A stretch of 50,139 bases of DNA. Source: Candidatus Bipolaricaulota bacterium (lineage in GTDB: Bacteria > Bipolaricaulota > Bipolaricaulia > UBA7950 > UBA9294). This document shows positions 1-8,299 of this stretch, in pieces (position 1 is the first letter of the stretch; each line of letters starts with the position of its first letter). The notes beneath the pieces were generated by a model that saw nothing but the letters and a program-made list of their open reading frames with translations, had not been told where the DNA came from and did not search any database. The position numbers and the translations under genes were made by a program. The stretch is from assembly GCA_030603215.1 (NCBI GenBank), contig JAUVYF010000002.1, positions 1 through 50,139 on the forward strand, written 5' to 3'.

Positions 1-1
1 G

Positions 2-202
2 ATCTTTCCGGTTGGGGAATCGGCAACCGAAGGAGCCCAAATTCTGCTCGACTGTGTTCCTTTAGGGACGATCGTTTTTGCTACCAAGCTGAGACTTGCC
101 GATCGCATCAGAGATACGCTTAAAGGAGATCGAAACCTCCTGTTGGTGAAAGGTTCGCGCCTGCTCGGCCTCGAGAAGCTGGTGGAGGAATTATCCGGCT
201 AG
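2..202 (+). CDS. murF: 3' end of a Mur ligase, most like UDP-MurNAc-tripeptide--D-Ala-D-Ala ligase (MurF); 5' part lies outside the window
   Basis: Frame is open from the window edge to TAG at 200-202. It is absent from the ORF track because it has no start codon. The translation ends ...RNLLLVKGSRLLGLEKLVEELSG, matching the conserved 'LVKGSR...E' C-terminal end of MurF-type ligases. Confidence 0.45.
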   Translation: MFPVGESATEGAQILLDCVPLGTIVFATKLRLADRIRDTLKGDRNLLLVKGSRLLGLEKLVEELSG

Positions 203-547
203 CGATTGGTCTTGCCATGGAAGGGCAGATTGGAACGATCATTTATGATGATCGATTATCACCGAACGATAACAGATATTTGGTCGAATCTAGAGATAGA
301 ATCGCCGTCCTCCATCGACTCTCTCTTGCCGGCTCCTCCTGCCAGGATTAACAGTGTTGGCCCCGAGAGAAGGATGGTTGTTCTTCTTCGCAAGAAATCG
401 CTGGCTGCTCCTCTCGGACTTTAGGGCTCATGTGGAGGCAGTTGCAGGATCGTCCAGATGGTCCGAGGGTGGAGGTACGAGATGAGATCAGCAGTTGATG
501 ACTTGACGGGTCATATGAGCTTATTCTTAGTGAGGCAATGCGAAGTC

Positions 548-576
548 TTGACATCGTTCCAGTGTCTTAGTATACT
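548..576 (+). promoter_or_regulatory. Near-consensus sigma70-type promoter (TTGACA-17 nt-TATACT)
   Basis: TTGACA at 548-553, an exact 17-nt spacer, and TATACT at 571-576. It sits about 315 nt upstream of the peptide-binding protein start at 892. Confidence 0.4.
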
Positions 577-594
577 ACTAAATTGCTGACTATC

Positions 595-613
595 TAACTC
601 CTACAAGGAGTTA
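595..613 (+). other. Hairpin near the predicted 5' end of the leader transcript
   Basis: TAACTCCT-aca-AGGAGTTA has perfect 8-nt complementary arms. It begins about 12 nt downstream of the predicted transcription start. Confidence 0.35.
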
Positions 614-891
614 TAGCTATCGGCAGGCGGCGGTGTTGGACCTTGATGCTACATATTCTCTAAGGAAAAACCGAACAGTTCCTCTGATATACCATCCTAC
701 CTTGCATACCCAGATGGGTTCTTTCGATAACACATTGCTATTGCACCCTGATGGAAAGCAACGCGTTTTGTTTCACCGCACTCTCCACTTTTATTACCTT
801 TTACGATAAGGGGGTGATGTACTGCCTAAGATATGCAGAATGGTGTGGTACGGGCAATCAGGTTGAATGCTAGATTTTATAAGGAGGATTC

Positions 892-2502
892 ATGCGAATA
901 AGCAGGTTTTGTTTAGTAGGGATTTTGGTACCGTTGATAGTGGTGGCTTCTCTTGCTGCCTGTGTAGGGCAAGATCAACCGAGGTATGGCGGGACCTTCG
1001 TCAATATGATTAACCCGAGTGAAGTGATCACACTGGATCCGCTGCGCTCTTCAATCACCGACGCTGAAACAGGGAGCGTCATCATGCAGGTTCACCGGGG
1101 CCTAGTCACGTGGACTCCAGAGCTCTCCGTAGAGTCTGGCCTTGCTGAGTCCTGGGAAATCAGCGAGGATGGTACTGTTTACACATTCCACCTTCGTCAT
1201 GGTGCAAGCTTCCAAAATGGTCGGGAAGTGATCGCGCAGGATTGTAAATACTCTTTTGAGCGACTCATGGATCCCAAGCGGGGTGGAATCAGCGTCTACA
1301 TCTTTGGCAATGTTGTTGGAGCAGACGAGTTTCGAAACGGTGAGGCAGAAAGCATTGCAGGGATCGAGGTAGTGGACGACTACACTCTTCGAATCACTCT
1401 CAAGGGCATGGATTTAACTTTCCTTACAACACTGGGCGAGCCAGGTGCTGGAGTTGTACCTTCTGAAGCAGTTGAGGCAGTAGGTGACGGCCAATTTGGA
1501 AGGAATCCGGTTGGCGCTGGTCCGTTCATGCTCGAGAGCTGGAGAGGTGACACGATCACGCTGAAAGCCTTTGAGGAGTACTACGGCGGACGGCCTTATC
1601 TGGACACACTTGTTTTCAGGCGGTTGTCAGACTACCCGGCAGCAGGAGCCGCCTTCCAAGCCCGGGAGATTGATGCTTTTTGGAGCAGCCCCACCAATTA
1701 CCCGCGTTGGCAGAACGACCCCAACTTCCAGGAGCTTAAGGTCGCGGAACTGTGGACCCGTCATCTTGGGTTTAACAATGAATGGGGGCCGTTCCAGGAC
1801 AAACGTGTGCGCCAGGCGCTCAATTATGCAATTGACCGTGATGCATACGTTAGAGTCTATCTTAACAACGTCCCCATCTCCGCAACAGGGGCCGGAATCT
1901 TCCCTCCAGGTTTTAACATCCCACTGAAAGGCGTATCTGGGTATTACTACAGTCCCGAAAAAGCGAAGGAGTTGCTGGTTGAAGCGGGCTATCCAGATGG
2001 GTTTACATTCTCAGTAGTTGGTGACCCAACTTCCGCCACTTGGGGAATTCCGGCAATCGAACCACTTCTGCCGTATTTTGCAGCAATCGGTGTCCACTGC
2101 AGGCTTGTTCCAACGGAGTATGGAACCGTTGAGATGGACGCTTTGACGGGCAACTACGAGTCCTATGTGGATTCACACGGCGGTGAGCCTATTGCCTTGC
2201 AGTTTGTTCAACGGTTCCATTCAAAGAACTTTGGTGCCACCAACTGGCTTCGATACTCGAATCCTGTAGTCGATGCTCTGATCGACGAAGCTGTCCTGAC
2301 AGTCGATGACGTCGAGCGGACCGAATTGCTTAGAGAAATCGAGAGAATCGTAACCGATGATGCTCCCTGGATTGCGATTAATTTTAGCACAGTGGTCTTT
2401 GGGACACAGGTTTGGGTCCATGGCATGCAGCACATGCCAATCGACCTCAAGTACCAACAATACCATAAGGTTTGGGTGGATGAGCGCTCACCAAGAGCGT
2501 AG
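892..2502 (+). CDS. ABC transporter substrate-binding lipoprotein, family 5 (peptide/nickel; DppA/OppA-type)
   Basis: 536-aa ORF with SD AAGGAGGA just upstream of the ATG. It has a signal peptide with lipobox LAAC. Family-5 hallmarks are present: GGTF...LDP and LAESWEISEDGTVYTFHLRHGASFQNG. Confidence 0.85.
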   Translation: MRISRFCLVGILVPLIVVASLAACVGQDQPRYGGTFVNMINPSEVITLDPLRSSITDAETGSVIMQVHRGLVTWTPELSVESGLAESWEISEDGTVYTFHLRHGASFQNGREVIAQDCKYSFERLMDPKRGGISVYIFGNVVGADEFRNGEAESIAGIEVVDDYTLRITLKGMDLTFLTTLGEPGAGVVPSEAVEAVGDGQFGRNPVGAGPFMLESWRGDTITLKAFEEYYGGRPYLDTLVFRRLSDYPAAGAAFQAREIDAFWSSPTNYPRWQNDPNFQELKVAELWTRHLGFNNEWGPFQDKRVRQALNYAIDRDAYVRVYLNNVPISATGAGIFPPGFNIPLKGVSGYYYSPEKAKELLVEAGYPDGFTFSVVGDPTSATWGIPAIEPLLPYFAAIGVHCRLVPTEYGTVEMDALTGNYESYVDSHGGEPIALQFVQRFHSKNFGATNWLRYSNPVVDALIDEAVLTVDDVERTELLREIERIVTDDAPWIAINFSTVVFGTQVWVHGMQHMPIDLKYQQYHKVWVDERSPRA

Positions 2503-2585
2503 GTCTCGGTAGAGTGGAGCGAGGGAGTGGCTCGAAGTGAAAGATCGTGGCTACTCCCTCGCTGATCAAAGGGATTGTTAATAGC

Positions 2586-3521
2586 ATGTTGACATTTATT
2601 ATAAGGCGTTTTCTTGCTTTTATACCCACGATCATTGCAGTAACCTTCATAATATTCGTTGTCCTAAACCTTCTTCCTGGGGACGCCGCGTTCGTTCGTG
2701 CAGCCGGTTTCAAGCGAGGGGTTGCAAACATAGAGGGGATCGCTCAACTACGCGAGCAATGGGGCTTAAATGATCCGGCCTATGTGCGGTATTTTAGGTT
2801 CCTCGGCGGATTGCTTAGAGGAGATCTGGGAACCTCCTATCGCACGGATGAAGTGTTAAGCGATGTAATAAAGGAGCGCCTGCCGGTCACCTTGAAATTG
2901 GCCGGAATCTCGATACTCCTGGCGGTTGTGGGCGGCTTAACGTTCGGCTTCTTGGCTGCCATTCACAGAGGTTCAATCATCGATCTCGTCTGCATGGTCA
3001 CAGCAATTGTCGGAGTGTCGGTGCCGGAGTTCTGGGTGGGGTTGATGCTGATGCTAGTCGTGGCTGTCAAGTGGGGGCTCTTGCCTACAAGCGGATACAG
3101 CTCGGGTAACATACTCTTCCTGATTCTTCCATCTCTTGCCTTGGGGTTCAGATACATTGGTCTCATTGCAAGAATAACGCGATCAAGTATGCTTGATGTA
3201 GCTAGTCAGGACTATGTAAGGACGGCCAAAGCTAAAGGCCTTTCACTCTTTAGCGTAAGAGGAAAGCACATTTTTCGTAATGCGCTGGTTCCGATCCTAA
3301 CCATCGTTGGACTAGAAAGCGGTTGGCTGTTTGCAAACACGGTGGTTATCGAGGAGGTATTCGGCTTGCCTGGAATCGGCCGTCTGTTGGTGGTCTCGAT
3401 CTTGGGACGCGACATTCCGAGTATGCAAGCAGCGATCCTAATTATGGTATTGGCTTTTCTTATCTTGAACCTCGCTATCGATGTGGGGTATGGCTTCTTG
3501 GATCCACGGATCCGCTATTAA
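2586..3521 (+). CDS. Peptide ABC transporter permease (DppB/OppB-like)
   Basis: The internal ATG at 2586 gives the typical N-terminus MLTFIIRRFLAFIPT. The protein is multi-span and carries the conserved loop YVRTAKAKGLS...RNALVPI. The track start at 2547 is a GTG extension. Confidence 0.85.
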   Translation: MLTFIIRRFLAFIPTIIAVTFIIFVVLNLLPGDAAFVRAAGFKRGVANIEGIAQLREQWGLNDPAYVRYFRFLGGLLRGDLGTSYRTDEVLSDVIKERLPVTLKLAGISILLAVVGGLTFGFLAAIHRGSIIDLVCMVTAIVGVSVPEFWVGLMLMLVVAVKWGLLPTSGYSSGNILFLILPSLALGFRYIGLIARITRSSMLDVASQDYVRTAKAKGLSLFSVRGKHIFRNALVPILTIVGLESGWLFANTVVIEEVFGLPGIGRLLVVSILGRDIPSMQAAILIMVLAFLILNLAIDVGYGFLDPRIRY

Positions 3522-3553
3522 TTGACATTGTATCGATCGGGGAGGACGTTGAG

Positions 3554-4402
3554 TTGAGCCATCAAGGCGTGAAGCGTTTCTTGCGGAAGAAGAACGCGGT
3601 CATAGGCGCAACTATTGTGATAATGGTTTGCTTCATCGCGGTGTTTGCGCCCCTGCTTTCTCCTTATCACTACGCGCATGGCGATCTGAACGATGCGTTA
3701 CTGGGAATCGGGGAAGATAGCCGTTACCTGTTAGGAACCGACCATTGCGGGCGAGATATGTTGAGCCGAGTTCTTTTCGGTGCACGAATCTCTCTCTTAG
3801 TGGGAATAATCGCTCAGCTTGCGAACACAGTTATCGGTGGCACGTTGGGGATAGTTGGCGGTTTCTACGGGCGGGTTTGGGATGATATCATCATGTTCGT
3901 GACAAACGTGACTCTGTCAATACCGGTATTGATCTTCGCACTGGCCCTCATGGCCTTATTGGGGCCGGGATTACATAACTTGTTTATCGCGTTGGGGATA
4001 ACGAACTGGTGCGGCACGTGTCGTTTGGCACGATCCAAAACGTTATCAGTGAAAGAGGAAAACTATGTAGAGGCAGCACAAGCAATAGGCTGCTCCAATC
4101 TCAGAATGCTTTTCAAGCATATACTGCCCAACAGCATAATGCCTATAATAGTCATAGGAACCCTCGGAATTGGTGATGCAATTCTCATTGCTGCATCCCT
4201 GGGATTTCTTGGGCTTGGTGCACAGCCACCGCTGCCGGAGTGGGGGAGTATGTTGAGCACGGGGCGCAACTATTTCTTCAATGCCCCTTGGCTTAGCATC
4301 CTGCCCGGTGTAGCTATCCTGGTCACGGTCCTGGGATTCAATCTCTTGGGGGATGGTCTCCGCGACCTGATAGATCCACATACGAAGAAACTCACGAAAT
4401 GA
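3554..4402 (+). CDS. Peptide ABC transporter permease (DppC/OppC-like)
   Basis: TTG at 3554 is preceded by GGGGAGGA. Motifs LLGTDHCGRDMLSRVLFGARISL and YVEAAQAIGCSNLRMLFKHILPN are present. The track start at 3323 overlaps the preceding gene and is unlikely. Confidence 0.8.
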   Translation: MSHQGVKRFLRKKNAVIGATIVIMVCFIAVFAPLLSPYHYAHGDLNDALLGIGEDSRYLLGTDHCGRDMLSRVLFGARISLLVGIIAQLANTVIGGTLGIVGGFYGRVWDDIIMFVTNVTLSIPVLIFALALMALLGPGLHNLFIALGITNWCGTCRLARSKTLSVKEENYVEAAQAIGCSNLRMLFKHILPNSIMPIIVIGTLGIGDAILIAASLGFLGLGAQPPLPEWGSMLSTGRNYFFNAPWLSILPGVAILVTVLGFNLLGDGLRDLIDPHTKKLTK

Positions 4403-4516
4403 GGGTAGCAGCGATGTCATGTGTATAGCGAAGCTGATCGTAGTTGTATGCGGAGAGTAGACAGGGCGTCTATCTACCGAAAGAGGGGATGGGCCTAAGG
4501 AATGGGGAGGATCGGG

Positions 4517-5449
4517 ATGGAAAGTAAAAAGGTGGATTTCATCAAAGGTCACATGGGGGGGAATGAGATTGTCCTGCTTTACGCAGACCAGATGCCAGAA
4601 GGAAAGGGGATTGCGGTTGCAGCATCTGTGCTTGCCAAGCCCAGCATCGGAGGACATAACTCAGGACTTGTGTATCAGTCTGAAATCGCTGACATCAAGG
4701 TGGAGGCACTCGACGCGACGTCATATGAGCTCCTCGGCATGTGCGGTGGATTAACTCAAGTCTTGGGCAAAGCAATTGTTGAAACCGATCTAGCGTCTCA
4801 CGTTGGGCTGACAATTGAGGAACCGGAGACGAATGTGGTTCTAGAAACTGGCGTAGGGCTGGTTCGGTTAAGAATCCTTCATCAGGACGGGAAAGCTGAG
4901 CGAGTATTCACTGAGATGACAGCGTTTGTGGAGGAGTGTTATACCTTGGGTATTGAACACCTCAAAGTTGCCGGTATAGATGCACTTAAGGTTGGCTCCT
5001 TCCTCGTCATGAATGGTGATGCTGCGAAACGGGTCTATCCCGACATCAGATTTGAGCAAATGGGCGAGAAAGAGTTTCTCATGTTCCAGGACGCGCAACG
5101 TGAATTCCACAGATACATCGAACGGGAGACCTCCATGTTCTCACTGTATGATCTGCACTCCAAGAGCCACTCTGGACGTCTCGTCTTCCCTCATGGTCTT
5201 GACCAGAGGTACTACGAGCCATCATGTGGGACAGGGACCGTTGCTGTGGGTCTCGCCATGTTGGAAAACGGAGAGATCGACGAAAATGGGAATATCTCCC
5301 TGCTTTTTGAAGCGGGGGGCGACGTATTCAGGCTGGACGGACCCGAAACTATCGAGTTGCGCCTCGTTGTTCAAGACAGGAAGGTGACACAGGCGTACAT
5401 TAGCCACAGTCTCGTTGAGATCGTGGCAACAGGGAAGCTATGGATCTAA
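4517..5449 (+). CDS. PLP-independent two-cysteine racemase/epimerase (proline racemase / 4-hydroxyproline epimerase / DapF fold)
   Basis: ATG at 4517 follows GGAGGA. The N-terminus is KGHMGGNEIVLL (compare HT.GE..R.V / GNDF). The first Cys motif is GMCGG and the second is EPSCGTGTVAVGLA (compare the SPCGTGTSA motif of the proline racemase family). The length of about 310 aa fits that family. Confidence 0.6.
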   Translation: MESKKVDFIKGHMGGNEIVLLYADQMPEGKGIAVAASVLAKPSIGGHNSGLVYQSEIADIKVEALDATSYELLGMCGGLTQVLGKAIVETDLASHVGLTIEEPETNVVLETGVGLVRLRILHQDGKAERVFTEMTAFVEECYTLGIEHLKVAGIDALKVGSFLVMNGDAAKRVYPDIRFEQMGEKEFLMFQDAQREFHRYIERETSMFSLYDLHSKSHSGRLVFPHGLDQRYYEPSCGTGTVAVGLAMLENGEIDENGNISLLFEAGGDVFRLDGPETIELRLVVQDRKVTQAYISHSLVEIVATGKLWI

Positions 5450-5537
5450 ATATGGCCTAATATCATCACGGACAGGGAAAGAGATCCCGTACTTATTTCG
5501 GTACCCATTCATAACTTCGGAAAGGAGATGAGCATTG

Positions 5538-6821
5538 ATGCAGACACTAAGCACTCACATGAGGAAGGAGCTTCCTTCGCTTGCAAATACCGTAAACGGT
5601 TATCCAGTGGCTTTTTTGGACGGACCGGGAGGATACCAGGTTCCCCAGACGGTGATTGATGCCGTAGAGGACTACCTGATCAACGCGAACGCGAATGTCG
5701 AAGCTGCGTTTAAGACCAGCAGAAAGACCGATCAGATGCTAAAAGACGCTCGTTGTACGTTTGCCGACTTCTTCAATTGTTTGTCAAATGAAGTCGTCTT
5801 CGGTGCCAACATGACTACCTTGAACTTTGCGCTTGCCCAGGCGTTGATGAGAGAGATGACGGTGGGCGACAAAGTCCTCATAACAGAGATCGATCATGAA
5901 GGAAACCGAGCACCGTGGGAGCAGCTTCGAGATCGTGGAATCATAGTCGAAGAGGTAGCTGTTGACACGGAGACCTGTACGCTCGACATGGATGACTTTG
6001 AGAGAAAGCTATCTCCAGTCACGAAAGTGGTTGCGGTTAACTATGCATCAAACGCTGTCGGTACCATCACAGATGTGAAGAAGATTGTTGAAATGGCCCA
6101 TTCTGTAGGTGCTTTCAGTATTGTTGATGCTGTCCATTATGCGGCCCACCGCCCGATCAACGTGAGGGAGATCGGGACAGACTTCCTCTTTTGCTCGGCC
6201 TACAAGTTCTTTGGTCCCCACATTGGTGTTATGTATGCCAAGAAAGAGGTACTGAGTAAACTCAGCCCGATGCGTGTACGACCGCAAAAGAGCTACCCGC
6301 CTGACATGATTGAAACTGGTACGCTTCATCACGAAGGAATTGCTGGTGCGGCAGCAGCGGTGGATTTTGTTGCTGACATAGGGGCAAAATTCGGGAAAGA
6401 GTCCAAAAAGAGCGCGGAAAGCAATGACGACACCAGGCGTAATCTGATTGTAGCAAGTTTGCTTGCATTTTATGAATACGAAGAAGGGTTGACACAGTAT
6501 CTGATCAGAGAGTTGTCGAATATTGATGGCATCAAGATTTACGGCCCTCCAGCAGGACATCCGCGAACATCGACGGTTTCCTTCACCTACAACGGTTTTA
6601 CCCCCTATGAAGTGGCTGACTACCTTGGCAAGAGAGGTCTGTTTGTCTGGCATGGGGATTTTTTTGCTACCAGATTGGTCGAACGTCTTGGCCTGCGGGA
6701 TCAAGGAGGCCTGATAAGAGTCGGGATTGCTCCTTACAATACAAGAGAAGAGTTGACACGATTGATTGATTCCTTGAATGATAAGGCTGCGCTGAGAACG
6801 TTTGTGAGCACGAAGGGCTAG
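5538..6821 (+). CDS. Class-V aminotransferase fold PLP enzyme (cysteine desulfurase-like family)
   Basis: ATG at 5538 lies about 11 nt after AAGGAG. FLDGPGGYQVPQ is at the N-terminus and SAYKFFGPHIG carries the putative PLP lysine. The length is about 427 aa. Confidence 0.7.
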   Translation: MQTLSTHMRKELPSLANTVNGYPVAFLDGPGGYQVPQTVIDAVEDYLINANANVEAAFKTSRKTDQMLKDARCTFADFFNCLSNEVVFGANMTTLNFALAQALMREMTVGDKVLITEIDHEGNRAPWEQLRDRGIIVEEVAVDTETCTLDMDDFERKLSPVTKVVAVNYASNAVGTITDVKKIVEMAHSVGAFSIVDAVHYAAHRPINVREIGTDFLFCSAYKFFGPHIGVMYAKKEVLSKLSPMRVRPQKSYPPDMIETGTLHHEGIAGAAAAVDFVADIGAKFGKESKKSAESNDDTRRNLIVASLLAFYEYEEGLTQYLIRELSNIDGIKIYGPPAGHPRTSTVSFTYNGFTPYEVADYLGKRGLFVWHGDFFATRLVERLGLRDQGGLIRVGIAPYNTREELTRLIDSLNDKAALRTFVSTKG

Positions 6822-6927
6822 CCAAGATCAGCGGTGAAGCGAGGACCTCTGGTGGAAGAACCTGTTTGAGATGAGGTTCCTCTAAGACAGAACGCAACCA
6901 ACTACTAGCACAAGGAGGTATCTATCC

Positions 6928-8265
6928 ATGAACGCCCGAGTAGGTCTGGCAGTTGTTGGCAACGAAGCAGAATCCGGGCTTGAACGAGCGGGTTCGCTGT
7001 TGGCCGAAGCCGGGGATCAGCTGGAACGCAGAGGTGTAGTCGTCATCAAACACGAGGAGACCGTTCTTAGCGATGCGGGCGCCGTTGAAGTGGGCACCCG
7101 ATTCCGTAGTGAGAACGTCGATTTGGCTGTCCTGATCCACGCAACGTGGGCCAGAGATTCGATTCCATACTTGATCTCGCGGTCCAGCGGAGCTCCGCTT
7201 TTCCTGTGGGGATTGCCGTATCCAGAAACGTATTCCGTCGCCGCGGTCCAGCATTTCGCGGGGATCCTGCACAATCGGGGGATCGGCTTCAAACTCGCAT
7301 ACGGGACGCCGAGCGAAGATCGAATCTGCGATGCGGTCGACCGATACGCCCGTGTCGCGAAGGCTGCGCATCGGGACCAACCTCGTCACATCGGTCTGAT
7401 CGGCCCCCGGTCGACGTGGCGGACGTTCGGACCGCAGGACATGACTCCGGGGGAATGGGATCTCGGAGATCTTTTCGGAGCGTCGGTGATTCATATCGAG
7501 ATGACCGAATTTCTGGAGACCGTCAAGCGGGTGTCACTGGATCGTCGAAAGGAACTGGTTCGGGCGAAGGCAAGCCAAGGACGGCTGCCGGCAGTCGAAC
7601 CGGGGGAGGAGAACCGCCTGCTCGCAGCAGCAGCGGAGGTACTGGCGATCGAGGAGATTCGAGAGCGCTACTTGCTTGATGCAGCAACGATAGAAACTTA
7701 CCCCTATGCTTGGGGCTCCGCCAATCTCGCCGCATCGTGGCTCGGAGATGATGGATTCGTCCTCGAGACGGAGGGCGACCTTGCGCGGACGACCGTCATG
7801 CACCTCCTCGGAGATCTTTCATCCGCGCCGTCGATGCTCGGGGAGCTGGCCCATATCGGTCCGGAGAACGGGGTTTTCTATCTCGGACACGCCGGCAGCT
7901 GTGCGCTGTCGCTCGCGGCGAGCCTCAACGAGGTGACGGTCGCAGGAGAAGGAGAGACGGGCTGCTTCGTGCAGTTCCCGATTCGGAAAATGGACAAGGC
8001 GACCCTTGTCAATGTCTGGGAAGATTCGGATTCATACCGGTTGTTCGCCGGGCAGGTCGAATGCAAGGGAATGTCGCTCGAGGAATGGCGCCGGATGGGC
8101 GGCGTTTCACTGGCCAAGCTGGAAGCCGCCTGGGCGGACGAGGATCTTCTGTCGCTCCTCGCGGACGCCGGAATGGAACACCACTTCGTTCTGGCCGAGG
8201 GCGATCTTCGAGAGGATCTCTGCGATCTGGCCGAATTCCTCGGCCTTTTCGTCACGACCTTATGA
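6928..8265 (+). CDS. L-fucose/L-arabinose isomerase-like family protein
   Basis: SD AAGGAGG lies upstream. The N-terminal Rossmann-like segment ends DLAVLIHATW...PLFLWGLP. The C-terminus GMEHHFVLAEGDLREDLCDLAEFLGL resembles the conserved isomerase end. The gene is adjacent to an FGGY kinase and is GC- and NCG-codon-rich. Confidence 0.45.
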   Translation: MNARVGLAVVGNEAESGLERAGSLLAEAGDQLERRGVVVIKHEETVLSDAGAVEVGTRFRSENVDLAVLIHATWARDSIPYLISRSSGAPLFLWGLPYPETYSVAAVQHFAGILHNRGIGFKLAYGTPSEDRICDAVDRYARVAKAAHRDQPRHIGLIGPRSTWRTFGPQDMTPGEWDLGDLFGASVIHIEMTEFLETVKRVSLDRRKELVRAKASQGRLPAVEPGEENRLLAAAAEVLAIEEIRERYLLDAATIETYPYAWGSANLAASWLGDDGFVLETEGDLARTTVMHLLGDLSSAPSMLGELAHIGPENGVFYLGHAGSCALSLAASLNEVTVAGEGETGCFVQFPIRKMDKATLVNVWEDSDSYRLFAGQVECKGMSLEEWRRMGGVSLAKLEAAWADEDLLSLLADAGMEHHFVLAEGDLREDLCDLAEFLGLFVTTL

Positions 8266-8299
8266 GCGATCGACGTACAGAGAAACAACAAGGACTATA

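Noticed and set aside
203-554. ORFs 206-424 (+) and 348-554 (-) as real small proteins
   Set aside because: They have no ribosome-binding sites, low-complexity Ser/Arg/Pro-rich translations and mutual overlap. They are most likely non-coding.
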